64,000 nt of DNA, from assembly GCF_006345805.1 (NCBI RefSeq), contig NC_042999.1, positions 48,980,001-49,044,000 of the forward strand. Reading direction: 5' to 3'. Below the pieces are notes generated by a model. It worked only from the letters and a program-made list of their open reading frames with translations. It ran no database searches and was not told the origin of the DNA. Positions 12,783 through 26,318 of the stretch are shown piece after piece (positions within the stretch are counted from its first letter, which is position 1; the number at the start of each line of letters is the position of its first letter). A program made the position numbers and the translations under genes. The stretch comes from Octopus sinensis (Eukaryota).

Positions 12783-13012
12783 TGTCATTAGCATGTGGGA
12801 GTTCGAGGAAGAATCTGTCGAAGTTTCGTCACATGTCCTGTTACGCCTTGTAAATATACACCAAACTATTTGAACACGAAGCTTATGTATTAGTAGAGAA
12901 ATATTTTCTTTATTCGGTTATTTCTTCTACCTGTACATCTTGTGCTAATAGTAACACCTGTATCTGCTTAGCAACATATGCTGGGTCAGACTGTTCTCAG
13001 ACAGTTAGATAA
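12783..13012 (+). pseudogene. Decayed tandem EGF-like repeat coding segment
   Basis: CH*HVGVRGRICRSFVTCPVTPCKY, then after an interruption and frame change STCTSCANSNTCICLATYAGSDCSQTVR*. Both halves fit C-x-C-x2-(G/x)-(F/Y)-x-G-x2-C spacing. Confidence 0.5.
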
Positions 13013-13776
13013 AATATATTTTATTAGTATTATGTTTTGTAATATTTTTTGGCACAAAATATTTTCTTTTTATGTGATGGGACACTATAGACAATACAGA
13101 AACCATTATTTGTTTGTATTATTGCTATTAATTGTATTATAAATATCAAACTTTTGTGTACCTTTTATTTCTTCTACTTTCCTTTGTCTTCTGTACGTGA
13201 GAATATGAACGTATATGTGTCGGACTGTGAATGTGATCCTCTGTGTATGTGTGTGTGCGTGTGTGTATGTATGTGTATTTGTGTCTGCGCGCATGCGTTT
13301 ATATGTTTATGGAAGTGCATTGATCTCTTCTTTGATTCGTTTTGTTGAACTGCGCCGTTTTGTTCTCTGTCTATACGTGAGTGTGTTACTGTATATATGT
13401 GGGTATGTGAATATTTATGTGTGCCTGTGTCTACATATATATATATAGTTATGTATAGTTATATATATATATATATATATAGTCTGCGTCTACATATATG
13501 AATATAAGTACGTATACATGTACTTGTCTTTACGGCTTGATCTGTTGAATGCGCTGTTTTTGTTCCGGTTCAGGATTTATAGCAGCACGTCACACTGACG
13601 TATAACATTGCTATACTTCATACGACACCATACGTTATTGTTCTATTACGTTCAAGAATCCATGGAAGTTGTGTTCTGTGCATGTAGTTTGATGTATTTA
13701 AGTCGGATTTATGATATATTCATTGTAGTCACAGAGCACAGGTCTTTAAACTGAACGTTTATGTGCTTGCTTTTAG

Positions 13777-13841
13777 AGGCATCAGGCACCAAAATGAAAA
13801 TTTGACATCTATAATGATGATTTATGCGGTCATGCTTATAT
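13777..13841 (+). CDS. Candidate 65-nt exon (GIRHQNENLTSIMMIYAVMLI), unassigned
   Basis: Acceptor gtgcttgcttttAG, donor AT|GTAAGA, one open frame. No recognised homology. Confidence 0.25.
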
Positions 13842-14565
13842 GTAAGAATATATTTTCCTTCTGATCCTCGCTTTTATATATTTTCCCTACATAACATATT
13901 ACCGTTTGAGATAAAGTATAAATATTACTACAACCACTCTGCATTATTTGAAAAATAATCATTATAATCAGTCTTTGGTTAATGCTTGTGATGTCACTAA
14001 ATCTATTACAGTAATTTAAAAGTTTCATTTTCAGAGTATTCTCACTTTTCCTGTAGTAAGTTTTCATTGATTTATTTATAAATTGGTATATTTTATTGAT
14101 ATACTTACATCATTTAGTTAACATTTAACGCATATATATGTATTGTATAGGCGGAGTCGTTTGAGCGTCGGACACCCAATGTCTGGTGTGGTTTATTCCA
14201 GTTTATTGCTTAATGAGGCCAAATCCTGGCGAAAACCGTTTTCTTTTTAATCTGTCTGGGATCGAAAAACAAAGAGCCATTCTAATGGGTTGAGCCGGTG
14301 GAAGCGTGAGATGGTATTTGTTGCAGTATTTATTCTTATTCCTGGCGTTCTACGTTCAAATTCTACTGTGACCTAAATTAGTGAAATACTTTATCCGTGA
14401 CTCTTTCTAACAGAACATTCACCACTAATTATAACCAGTTCTTGGTGGTTTAAGCCGAGTTCAACCTATTATAACTATTAAGAACTGGTCTCCAGTTAAA
14501 GGATACCTTCTACCCTTGATTCCATCAGTCTTGTATTCCCTGCAATGACTCATTTTAATTTAACC

Positions 14566-14763
14566 AGGAGTGGCTGTGTGTTCGCTTGACAACTGATGCT
14601 GGTGTATTTACGTCCCCGTAACTTAGCGATTCGGCAATAGAGACCGATAGAATAAGTACTAGGCATACAAAGATTAAGTCCTGGGGTCGATTTGCTCGAC
14701 TAAAGGCGGTGCTCCAGCATGGCCACATTCAAATGACTGAAACAAGTAAAAGAGTAAAAGAGT
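14566..14763 (+). mobile_element. SINE family B with internal deletion (head start fused to tail)
   Basis: AGGAGTGGCTGTGTG joined directly to TTCGCTTGACAAC...CAAGTAAAAGAG; compare the full copy at 22959. Confidence 0.8.
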
Positions 14764-15029
14764 ATTACCAGAATATTCAGAAGGATGTTTATTTTCATAA
14801 TCATGCAGAGAAAAATTATTAGAACAGTATTGCTTAAATAAGTAAATCCTGTTTTTGCCAATTTATATTTTTACATTCACTTCTTCCCCTAGTTCAAGTC
14901 ATTAATGCAATTTTATACGAATTGCTAATACACACACATATAATAAGGGTGAAAAATTGGATATTAATTTGATTAATATGAATTGAAAACCAGTGGTGTA
15001 GCATATAAGACCATAGCGGATCTTCTTCT

Positions 15030-15366
15030 AGCAAAATGGATGACCACTGTTAATGGTTCATCCCTGTTATATAATACTTTCACTTTAATAGTTTCAGTAT
15101 TAAAGTGAATGTCTGCATTACAATAGAGAGATGTCTTTGTTTCACTTTTAACACGTAATATTGAAATAGTGGAGAAGATATGATATTGCTGTGGGGTCGC
15201 CCTAGGGAAAAAGTTAAAATGTTTTGCCGATGACACTCCCCGGACCTTAAGTAAGGCATGTGTAAAATTTGAATGAAATTGGTTGTGTAGTTCTCAAGTT
15301 TTAGGGAAACACTCAGACGGACAGACACACACACACACATTCTCAGTTTTATATATAGAGAGAGAT
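15030..15366 (-). mobile_element. Non-autonomous Helitron/HINE-like element, 5' part
   Basis: Minus strand begins ATCTCTCTCTATATATAAAACTGAGAATG(TG)nTCTGTCCGTC...ACAACCAATTTCATTCAAATTT; same architecture as 38367-39188. 3' end unclear. Confidence 0.5.
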
Positions 15367-15390
15367 ATACAGACAAACATACATACATAC

Positions 15391-15471
<81 letters not shown>

Positions 15472-16253
15472 TACGTGTGCGTTTGCTCAGCCATAGGTAT
15501 GTGTGTGTGTGTGTATACATTATAATTATATGTGAATGTGTTATGATACATAAATATATCTGCGTTGCGTACGAATGTATGTAAACAGCTATATAGATAG
15601 ACTGGCTGATAAACAGATAGATAGATAGACAGACAGACATAAAATATACAAGTGTGAGTGTGTGTGAGTATGTATGTGTATATATTTGTGCGTATATGCG
15701 TGTACATATTGTATTTGTGAGTATACATGCACATAAAAAAAACACTTTTAGCGATACACGTTAACTTCTATGAATTTTTGCTTTGTTTTTCTTCCTATTT
15801 TGGAAATTATTTCACTGGAAATTGATCGAATAGTAAATAACAATTCCATGACAATTCTTCACATGAATCTCATTCCATTCAAGACATACATTTTAGAAGA
15901 AAAAGCAAACACAGATTAACATAAATACATAGTGTGATATAAATACAAACGCAAATACAATTACGTACTCACAGTTGAAGACCAACAAACGTGTGTATGT
16001 GTGCATTTGTGTGTGTGTGTGCATACATATATACATGTATGCGTATTGAGTATTACAAATATTTCTCTGCGGGTGGTCAGTTCAACGCACCGTTCGGCAG
16101 CAGAGCTAATAGTTGATAGTGCCTTAGGGCCCTTTCATGCAGCTACAGACTTAGTCAATTTTAAATGCTTGAGAAGAGTATTAGTGACATGTATTTTGAA
16201 TTAATGCATATATATTTTTTTTTAATATCAAATATTCATACATTTTTCATCGC

Positions 16254-16336
<83 letters not shown>

Positions 16337-16818
16337 ATATATATATATTCGAGCAGTGGATACTGTAATTGATGTTTAAAATAAATTATTGTAATGGCTG
16401 ACGGCAATTTTCTATTTCTTTGCCTTGTAATAATCAATTCGAAGATAAAATAGGATTTTTTGTTCGTGCTGATACTAATCCATTATTAAAAAAAAAGACT
16501 AACAACTATGAAATGCACTGCGCATGACATCTATATATCTCTGAATCTAAGTACCGGCATGTTTGAAGTATTGAATATTTCGTTTCGTCAGTGCACAAAC
16601 ACAATTTCGTTCCGTTGATTAGTAACTTAACAGTAGAATTTGGTTTTGGTAGAAGATATATGTACAACGACCATTACATTCAAACATACACACACACACA
16701 CACAGACATCCATTCTTTATAATTTGTAACTTACACCTTTACCATTTATGAAGTCAGCATATGAGTTCTACGGTGTTCTTATAAGCTGACAAGCCGAGTT
16801 GAGTTTAGCCCAAGGTTC

Positions 16819-16882
16819 CGGTGAGAGCCACTGACGAGCGTTAATGTAAATGCAAAAATCACTGCTGATCTGGCTATGCCCG
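16819..16882 (+). ncRNA. Type I hammerhead ribozyme with G12A lesion
   Basis: CGG-TGAG-AGCCA-CTGACGA-GCGTT(AATGTA)AATGC-AAAA-ATCA(CTGC)TGAT-C-TGGCT-ATGC-CCG. All three stems pair, AUC triplet, but GAAA is replaced by AAAAA. Confidence 0.75.
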
Positions 16883-17469
16883 TTTCTTAGGGAGCTTGCT
16901 TCTATTGCGAGTAAATAAGACGGTGGTTCGTTATTGCGGTTATGAATTGCTTTGACCCTTATTTCTAGCAATACTGGTGCTGTATAGCGTTCTAAGTTGA
17001 TTTAGTGACGTATATATGTTTGCCTTACGGTTGAAAAATTGATAACAAGCTAAACTTATTATTTAGGTATGTATATAATTGTGTGTGTATAGGCGTATAT
17101 GTACTTATATGTGTTTGTGAATGTGTGTGTTTCGATATTTAGTTTTATGCTATATAGGTTTGTGGGATTTTTTCGCTCCGCTTGCTTGTATGCTGTTGAA
17201 TCTGTTATTTTCAGTGTTAATTTTTTGGTGGTCCAAATGAGGATTTTAACTCTCATTTCTAGCGTGTAGACACTTTAATGCGTCCTTCTGATTAATATAA
17301 TTTTAATTCTACAGCCATATAATGCTGATTTAGGCCTGCGACCAACTATATTAATATTGTTGTTATTATCAACTATTTGTATTGCCTTTGACAATAATAA
17401 AATATTAATATCTGTATAAATATTCGCTTCTGAATATTTTTCTACTGATTATATGTGTGTGTGTGTGTG

Positions 17470-17505
<36 letters not shown>

Positions 17506-17511
<6 letters not shown>

Positions 17512-17665
17512 CTTCATTTAACGTCCGTTTTCCATGCTAGCATGGGTTGGACGGTTCGACCGGGGTCTGGGAATCCAGGAGGCTGCACTAGGCTCCAATC
17601 TGATCTGGCAGAGTTTCTACAGCTGGACGCCCTTCCTAACGCCAACCACTCCGTGAGTGTAGTAT
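17506..17665 (-). mobile_element. RTE-type LINE/SINE 3' end
   Basis: Minus strand AGGAAGGGCGTCCAGCTGTAGAAAC...GGAAAACGGACGTTAAATGAAGATGATG, typical of RTE-related tails. Confidence 0.6.
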
Positions 17666-17695
17666 GTATACGTGAGTGTGTGTGTGTGTGTGTGT

Positions 17696-18020
17696 GAAGA
17701 ACCCCTTAGGTCATGAATGACCATGGGATTGCTTCTAGAAATCAAGGCAGAAGTCTGAGCAAGATTGTTTATGGAAGGCCAGCAGTGACCCATGCATACC
17801 AGCCTCCCCTCTCCACGCCACCGATGTTATCCAAGAGAAAGGCTAAGACTGATACAGCTTGACACCACTGTAGTCACAACTCATTTCTACAGCTGAGTTA
17901 ACAGGATTAATGTAATATAACCTGCCTCGCACAAGAACAGAACACACAGCCTGGTCCGGGAATCGAACTCACTACCCCATGATTAGAGTTCGACGATTTT
18001 ATTACCAAGCCATGCACTTC
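17696..18020 (-). mobile_element. tRNA-derived SINE (family E)
   Basis: Minus-strand head GAAGTGCATGGCTTGGTAAT...GAGTTCGATTCCCGGACC. Confidence 0.65.
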
Positions 18021-18033
18021 CATACACACACAA

Positions 18034-18168
<135 letters not shown>

Positions 18169-19042
18169 CACGGCATGGCCGCGGCCTTCGGGCTAAAACA
18201 TTTTTAAGGATTTAAGCATTTATATATCTTGTTGCAACAGAGATTCTCGAAGCATATAAAGCTATGTGTAATGGAGTGTATATAGTATGTCATCATACAC
18301 ATACGTGGGGTGAGGGTCAGGCGGCGTTTGCGCTAGTACAATCGGTGCATCGATCTGCGTCTCTTTACATGTGTGTCTGTGTTGTCCGTTCTATAATTAA
18401 AATAAATCATAAAATAAGTACGAGATTGAAATCATTACTGGTGCAGATATCATTGATTGCAATCTATTTAATGTGATGCTCAATAACTGAAGCCAACAAA
18501 AGACTAATTATTATGTGTAACAAGGCGAAGGCACCAATGGGTTATTTTTTTTAAAGGATTTATTTCGCAACGACGTTATTATGGATTGAATTCCACGCCG
18601 TCACTATTTGTTCAAATGATATCTGCTATAATTTATGACTTGAATGAAACTAGATACAGAATAGCTATAATGAATATGACTACAATAGAAGACTTCAATT
18701 ACTTATTACCCTGATCTGATCCCATTTATCCCTCCAGGGTCTCTGCTCATTCTGCTATTATTTATTTATGCATTTCTACCATAGCGGTATGAAGTATAGT
18801 GTTCGGTTAAGAATTCCGGAATTTCAGTTCACATACTCGTGATTTCAGCTTCAGTCCCTGCACTTAGCAACTCAAGCAACTGTTTTCTGCTATAGATAGG
18901 GGTTAGACAATAACTCGAATGTGAAATATTATTTGAGTAAAAAGGAAAATTAAAATGCATTGTCGGATCGGTTTGACCGACTAAATCGTTCGAGTCAATG
19001 TGCCTGAATGTTTGCAGTCAAATGTGCTGTCACGAAGTATTA

Positions 19043-20315
19043 CGAAGGACGTTCAATAAGTAATGCCTCTGACCCACTTGCAGTTTTTCATGTGCAATTA
19101 TCTGTACCTCTATAGATGAAGTGGTAAATTACAGCTCTGAACTAATTGTGGTTTCTGATTTACAGGTGTTTGAACCGAGTCAAGTGTGAAATGGAGTCTG
19201 TTGAGTGTCGGCCAGTGATCCGCTTTTTATATTTGAAAGGACGCACACCACGGGAGACTTTTGATGAAATGAAAGTAACTTATGGTGATGATACCCCATC
19301 ATATGACCTTGTAAAACGCTGGCATTGTGAATTCAAACATGGTCGGAACTCTGTGAAAACAGCTCCCAGATCTGGTCGCCCCCTACTGCTATTGATGAGG
19401 CATCTGTCCATCAAGTTGAGGCTGCCATTTTGGAAGATCGACGCATAACTATTCGCCAAATAGCCCATGAGGTCAAGATTAGTACCGGTTCTGTGGAAAC
19501 CAATCATTCATGACCATTTGCATATGCAAAAGGTGTCTGCCAGATGGATTCCCAGGTTACTCACACCTTTCCGGAAGCAAGAATGCGTCGAGTGCTCGAG
19601 GATGAATTTGGAGATGTGCCAAGAAGATGAGTCAACATTTTTCAAAAGACTGATTACACAGGATGAAACCTGGGTCCATCACTATGATCCAGAGACAAAA
19701 GCCCAGTCAATGCAGTGAAAGCACCGTGACTCACCTCCTCCATTGAAGGCAAGGGTGCAGCCCTCCACTAGCAAGGTCATGCTCATAGTCTTCTGGGACC
19801 AGGACGGAGTAGTGATGACAGATTTCCTGGCAAAGGGTACCACAATTACAGGAGCCTATTATGCTTCACTTTTGAGGAAATTAAGAGAAGCTATCAAAAT
19901 CAAGAGGCGGGGCAAGATCAGCAAAGGCTTCCTCCTCCTGCAGGACAACGCTCCGGTCCACAACTCGATGGTCGCCAGATCAGAAGCACAGGCGTGCGGC
20001 TATGAACTCCTCCCCCATGCCCCTACTCTCTTGACTTTGCACCCTCGGATTTTCACCTCTTCCGAGCCATGAAGTTGTTTTTGAAAGGAAAGCGTTTCCC
20101 AGATGATGCAGCCTTGATTTCTGACGTCACGTCGTGATTGGAAGACCAAGCTGGGGTCTTCTACAAAAACGGTCTCCAGAGCTGCATCAAACGATGGTAG
20201 GAATGCGTAACTCTGGGTGGTTTCTATGTAGAAAAAGACTAATAACTGTGCCAAGTTTCGTTGCTCTACTGCTATGGGAAGTGGGTGAGGGGCATTACTT
20301 ATTGAACGCCCCTCG
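19043..20315 (+). mobile_element. Near full-length mariner (DD34D) transposon, 1273 bp
   Basis: About 25-bp TIRs CGA(A/G)GG(A/G)CGTTCAATAAGTAATGCC; TA duplication at 19041-19042 and 20316-20317. Confidence 0.95.
19191..20242 (+). pseudogene. Mariner transposase pseudogene
   Basis: MESVECRPVIRFLYLKG...PRSGRP, WIPRLLT, ITQDETWVHHYDPE, LLQDNAPVH, a frameshifted (Y)SPDLAPSDF region; stop in place of Trp at 19716-19718. Confidence 0.92.
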
Positions 20316-20323
20316 TAATTTGG

Positions 20324-20368
20324 TAGATCTGAAGAAGGAATTTTATTCCGAAATATCATATCAGACTA
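20324..20368 (+). ncRNA. Minimal type I hammerhead ribozyme, stem I damaged
   Basis: TAGAT-CTGAAGA-A-GGAAT(TTT)ATTCC-GAA-ATA(TCA)TAT-C-AGACTA. Core intact, 5-bp stem II, AUC triplet, stem I with a 1x2 mismatch. Confidence 0.7.
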
Positions 20369-21639
20369 TGGGTGACTAAATTACAACAGGTATATAGTCC
20401 ATTATTTATATTATAGTGCATTGTTGTACCATTCAAAACTCTTTATGCATTACAAACAATACACAATGCTTCAAGCGAACTACAATACTCTCCTACTAGA
20501 TATAATTTTTTCGCAGTTACACCCTACCGTTTAACTATAACTACCTCGAATGTGTAGTACATAAGATTAATTTTTTAAAATGTGATGGCAACTGTTGGAA
20601 CACCATTGCTAATAGTCATTACAATCACGGATAATTTGAGACTAAATATAAGAAAGGAAAACCGACACGTAGTCGCTGTACTCGTTAGAAATAATAGGAA
20701 CATCTCCCAAATATCTCGGACCTCACTTTTTGAATAATTGCATAAACTATTGCTAGAGAGACAATTTCTGAAGCAGTTTCGGGGTGGTTATGGATGGAAT
20801 ATATCCAGAGAACTATACGATCGGGTACGATGAACTAACCTCATGCTAAACATTTCTTGCAGTGGCACAAGGCCACAAATACGATGAAAAAATTCTAAAG
20901 ACACTAGCTAATATCATTCAACAGAGATGATTGCATGTACTAAATATGAAACTAAGAAGACTGTCTCTAAATTCTGTGTCAATAAAAAATGCCGATTTCG
21001 ATGGAACTAACTTAGTTTAAAGAGCATTGAAAATGAAACCAAAGCGGCGACCACTGTATTTTCTGATTATTAGAATTGTTCATACAAGTTGATTTAAATA
21101 GATTGCGACTGAAATGTTTGGCAAGTAATGCTTAAATTAATATTGGTTTTAAAATATTTATGTTTGCTCTAACCTAATTGAGCATATAATTTTTACATTT
21201 GCTGTAGTCTAGTCTAACACAAATTTTATTGTATTACTGCAGCCTCAACCCATTCATAATAACATTTATAAGAATAAAACGTCCAAAACTATGTTACGTT
21301 TAATAATCCTGCTAGTATAAGTATATCTTCTACAGTACAATGCTGCTATGGCTGCTGATCAATAATGCGATATCATAAAGTGGTACAGTGCCAGACGTGA
21401 TGGAGTACCACATTAAATTCTCTGTGTCAATTTATTTCATAATTTTACATTTCCAGTTCAAAGTGTATAAGAATAAATTGCTGTTTCCATTAATCTCACA
21501 TATGATGCATATGTGTGTTTTGCTATATCCACTTGATAGTACGCGACCATTACAGAATGTACACCAGAATCTTATAGATTTGAGGCTACAACCAGGAAAT
21601 TGGCACGAACGAATTTAAAATCCGGTCCATGGTGGCTTA

Positions 21640-22430
21640 AAATGACGCTGTGCTTTTCAGCAACTCTCACTCACGCAAAGATGATACCACCCTCACTTTA
21701 TTCCTCCATACGTCCCGCACCGAAGTGTCATCTTCATGAAACCTAAATACCACACACCAAATATGTGCTGCGTTCATAATCAGACACCTTGGAAAACTCC
21801 GTTGGAGCATTGCTAATTTTATTCCCGCCTACTGTACAATGACAATGTCACTACATCATCTCAAGGAAATATTATCGAATCTCTCAAAAAGTGGATACTC
21901 AAAACTAGAACTTTCAAGATCACAACGGATGCTAAATCGTATCATTATTTAGGATCTCTCTTAAGGAAGGCACATACTCAACATAGACAAAAAGGCTTTA
22001 TGAAGAGTTATCTTCTTTAGATAAAGCTCTCACGAACTACTAACTTACCAGATAGTTGAGATAAAACCTACAATTGAAAACTGCCCCGTGTCTTTAGAAT
22101 GTACTTGTACTACACGATTAGACATCTCAGACTGCATAAAAGGGCAAAAGATTTCGACTAATTGGCACATACAATTGTTGTTTCCATTTAACTCTTTCTC
22201 TACATTTTGCTACAAATTATGCAAAAGTCAATGACAGAGCTCCTAACTCCGGTGCTAATAAAATAGGAACCAATAATACTCTGGATTCCAAATACACTGA
22301 ATTTACTCATTTACCTTCAAATTATGGCCAATCGCAATTCAAACAAATCATTAGTCCTGATTATAAGATGTAATTCTAAATATATTTGTACTTTTATTTC
22401 TGTACTATTTATTTATGTACTATTTTATGT
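21640..22430 (+). mobile_element. Highly decayed LINE (CR1/L2-like?) 3' portion
   Basis: Fragments such as KWILKTRTFKITTDAKSYHYLGS, and an A/T-rich repetitive tail (TTTATTT-TGTAC). Assignment weak. Confidence 0.3.
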
Positions 22431-22958
22431 TCTCCATAAAAATAATATATTCTATTGCAATAAAACTTGGCGCACGTAAGTTTTCTTATCGTAGACACGA
22501 TAACTCTGTATTCCTAGATGTCTTCATATGGTGATTCTCAGATCAGTCGTCGTAGGTGATTGGCACGAGATCAGTAGTTGTAGGTGAAAGAAGACAAACT
22601 CTTAACTCGATTCGATCACTTAATTGTTATTTACTTTATCGATATCGAAACTACAAAAGGCAAAGTTGATTTAGCGAAATACCGCAAGGAATGTTTCTAC
22701 TTATATTGATATCCATCAACTTACATGCATGTTTCAGATATACTAATTGCTTTCGCTGTTTAACTGCGATTGTCTTATATTCAAACTGTATTCCCCCAAC
22801 ATTTCTTTGCGTGGACGTGTTTTCTGGCTTTTATTTTCTGCTTTGTAAGAATCGATCGACAATATTATGTTGGCTAAAATTTAAAATATAGTTGTTTGAT
22901 AAGACCATATTTCGAAATATTAACCTAAATTTTCATAATGAATTTTCAAAAAATATAT

Positions 22959-23111
22959 GTGGCGGAGTGATAAGACGCTTGCTTTCCAATCACATGGGTC
23001 GGGGTTCGGTCCCATTGCGTGGCACCTTGGGCAAGAATCTTCTATTATAGTCTAGGCCGACCAAAGCTTTGAGAGTGGAATTGATAAACGAAATCGAAAA
23101 GAAACCCGTTG

Positions 23112-23166
<55 letters not shown>

Positions 23167-23378
23167 ATTGATGTTTGTGTGTCTTTGAGTCTCTGTCCCC
23201 TACCATCACTTGACAAGCGACGTTTGAATGTTTACGTCCCTGTAACTTGGCGTTTCGGCAAACAGACCGATAGAATAAGTACTAGGCTTACAAAGAATAA
23301 GTCTTGGGGTCGACTTGTTCGACTAAATGCCGTGCTCCAGCAGTCAAATGACTGAAACAAGTAAAAGAATAAAAGAAT
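22959..23378 (+). mobile_element. SINE family B, full copy with central (TA)n(GT)n microsatellite
   Basis: tRNA-like head GTGGCGGAGTGATAAG...GGGTTCGGTCCC, body GGCACCTTGGGCAAG, tail CAAGTAAAAGAATAAAAG. Confidence 0.9.
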
Positions 23379-24711
23379 ATATACGTAACATCTTAACTAG
23401 GACTTGGTTTCATAAGATGATATATTTATTTTATCTATCTTCTACAAGTATCCTATTCCACAGTACAAGGCAGGAGTCAAACTTTGGACTCTATTTTCGA
23501 GAAATGGCTACAAAAAGATGTTATTCGATGTTATTCAGTCAATCATTGACACATGTAGTGAATCAGAGAATTACTAGCCCCAAATTTGAAATGAAGGTTC
23601 CTATTTCGAATCCATTTTATTTTATTATATATTACCTTTAATATTTATACGTTCTGGAGGGAGGTACGTGATGACAATCACATATCGATGCACAGAAATA
23701 CTTTAAAAGATATTTCATATCTTAGAATGAGGTTAATGATTTTAGAAATGATAACCTTATTAACAAAAACTGATCCCAGGGATTGAAACTTAATTACAAT
23801 CATTTGTCTTATATAGAACCAAGTTGCTATTATTTTTCTTCTGAAAATATTCTTTATTTTTCACGTACAATAAATACTGCCTTGTTATTTGCCATCCGTT
23901 CATCCACGTATCCACCGTCCTTTCCCTTATTTAGATGAGTCAATTTACGTCTTGTGCTCTCATTCTCTTCATATTACGGCATTATTTCGGCTCGTAAATA
24001 CTAGACATTTATACAGGTCGAATAAAGTTAACGAAAAAATTAAACACGTATACATAATAGTTATCTAGTTGTTTATTGATCTCAGCGTGACAGAAGTTTT
24101 AAGTCGACTACAGTGGAATTTTTAAGTCAGAACGAACAGCGATAAAATTTATGTTGTGAGGAACTTAGTTAGGGGTTCTAGCGTCAGCTTATTCCATTAC
24201 ACTATGTTGTAATATGTTTCTAAATTTGAAGGAAATAGAGTACTGAACAATCTCACTTACTAGTGGTGATGACAGTGATGGCGATGACGGTGATGAGGAT
24301 GATGATGATGCACTTCTACTGATGCAAGAAGTTCTTCAAATGAAATTAATGAAGGAAGGCTATAGATCGAAGATCACCCTGGCCATTGAAGGCGACTACC
24401 TTTTTCCAAGTGTTGTTGTGCCATTAATATACTTAAGGTAGTTCCATCAGTGTAACTATTTCCGTCATAGTAATCCAGCGTTTGAAAAATTGATTGTGGG
24501 ACAGCACTTCCTTCCCCATCTTCACCTTACTTTCTAAACAAAACTTGAAGGCTTCACCAAACAGCAGAGATGGATGACACATGTATGTATTCTGAATGAC
24601 AAAAACAGAGAGAGAGAGATAGAAAGTACTTGTTAGGCGCAAAGTCTAAATTAGAGGTCAGTATAGTCGATTCAAGTGATTTTAATTCTTAACTGAACTG
24701 TTGCTTATTCT

Positions 24712-25136
24712 TATTTCTTTACTGCCCACAAGGGGCTAAACGCAGAGAGGACAAACAAGGACATACAAACGGATTAAGTCGATTATATCGACCCCAGTGC
24801 TTAATTGGTACTTATTTAATCGGCCCCGAAAAGATGAAAGGCAAAGTCGACCCCGGCGGAATTTGAACTCAGAACGTAACAGCAGACGAAATACCTATTT
24901 CTATTTCTTTATTACCCACAAGGGGCTAAACATAGAAGGGGCAAACAAGGACAGACATAGGTATTAAGTCGATTACATCGACCCCAGTGCGTAATTGGTA
25001 CTTATTTAATCGACCCCGAAAGGATGAAGGGCAAAGTCGACCTTGGCGGAATTTGAACTCAGAACGTAGCAGCAGACGAAATACCGCTAAGTATTTCACC
25101 CATCGTGCTAATGTTTCTGCCAGCTCCGCCGGAAAC
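24712..25136 (-). mobile_element. SINE family A dimer flanked by a single 15-bp TSD
   Basis: Two bodies plus one head; TSD ACTGTTGCTTATTCT at 24697-24711 and 25137-25151. Confidence 0.92.
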
Positions 25137-26273
25137 ACTGTTGCTTATTCTATCAAACCCAGAAGGATAGAATAGAAATTGGACGTTGACGCTATTTGGT
25201 CTCAGAATATACAATAATACATGCTGCATGTTCATTTGCTGGTCTGATTTAAAATCCCGCTGATATTGTCGTTATTTGAAAATTGGAATGTTTTCTCACC
25301 GAGGTACATGGTCTCACATTTTGAAGGAAGTGATGATACACGATTAGATCGACATTACATGCTTGATACCTAAGTTATAGAATACTGGATAAATGAAACC
25401 GCGGGGAGAATAAAACTTACACGTAAATGGACGTAATTAAATATCGTAATTCATATCAGCCGGTATAGATCCATTAATAATTTTGATATTAGTATACGTA
25501 TTACTACTGTGAAGATATATTGCTTATTATTCAACGAATACTGCCATTAAAATTTGTGTTTCTCCTAATTTATCTTTCACAGAATTTTAACTAATATTAT
25601 GTAATATTGCCGCTAGAGAAATATTATTGCTTACTAAGTATGTTAACTTATATCAATTCAATTCAAGGTTAGAACATGCAATTGGAATGTGAGACTGGTA
25701 GTCTCACAAACTAATAAACCGAGAGAAATGAGAAAATAAAGAGAGAAAGCTGTTAAGGTTTCGTCCATAGTTGATAGCTACGAAGTTAACGTCTTAAACT
25801 GACTGTCTCAAATGTGTGCCCAATATAGAAATACTGGTTAAAAGTTTAATGCTTCAACATTGTAGCTGTTTAGTTAACATTTACACTTTAAAACTTTTCA
25901 AGTAATGCACAATTTGTTAGGAAATTATTTTAACGTTTGCTTAATTTTGCGACTTTTTAAGGAATCTCTGAGAAATCAACGAGGAAAAGTTTGGGGATGC
26001 GATAAGGAAGGCACTGAAAGCTATGAGGAGGATATTAGAAATATGAGAAACGGATTGAGAGGTTTAGTGTTAGGAGTCTGAAGAAGCTCAACTGACCTAG
26101 AAGAAGTATTTTGAATCACCTTAAATTCTGATACATACCTACCTATCCAAAAATACTCACATACGAACATATACATATGCATATACATATAGATATACAC
26201 ATATATATGTGTGTGTGTGTGTGTGTTAGGTGGATGGTTGTGTGTGTCTGTGTGTATGTATATATATACATAC

Positions 26274-26318
<45 letters not shown>

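Noticed and set aside
19716-19718. In-frame TGA in the mariner transposase as possible recoding
   Set aside because: It sits at a conserved Trp position in a copy that also has frameshifts, so it is an ordinary nonsense mutation.
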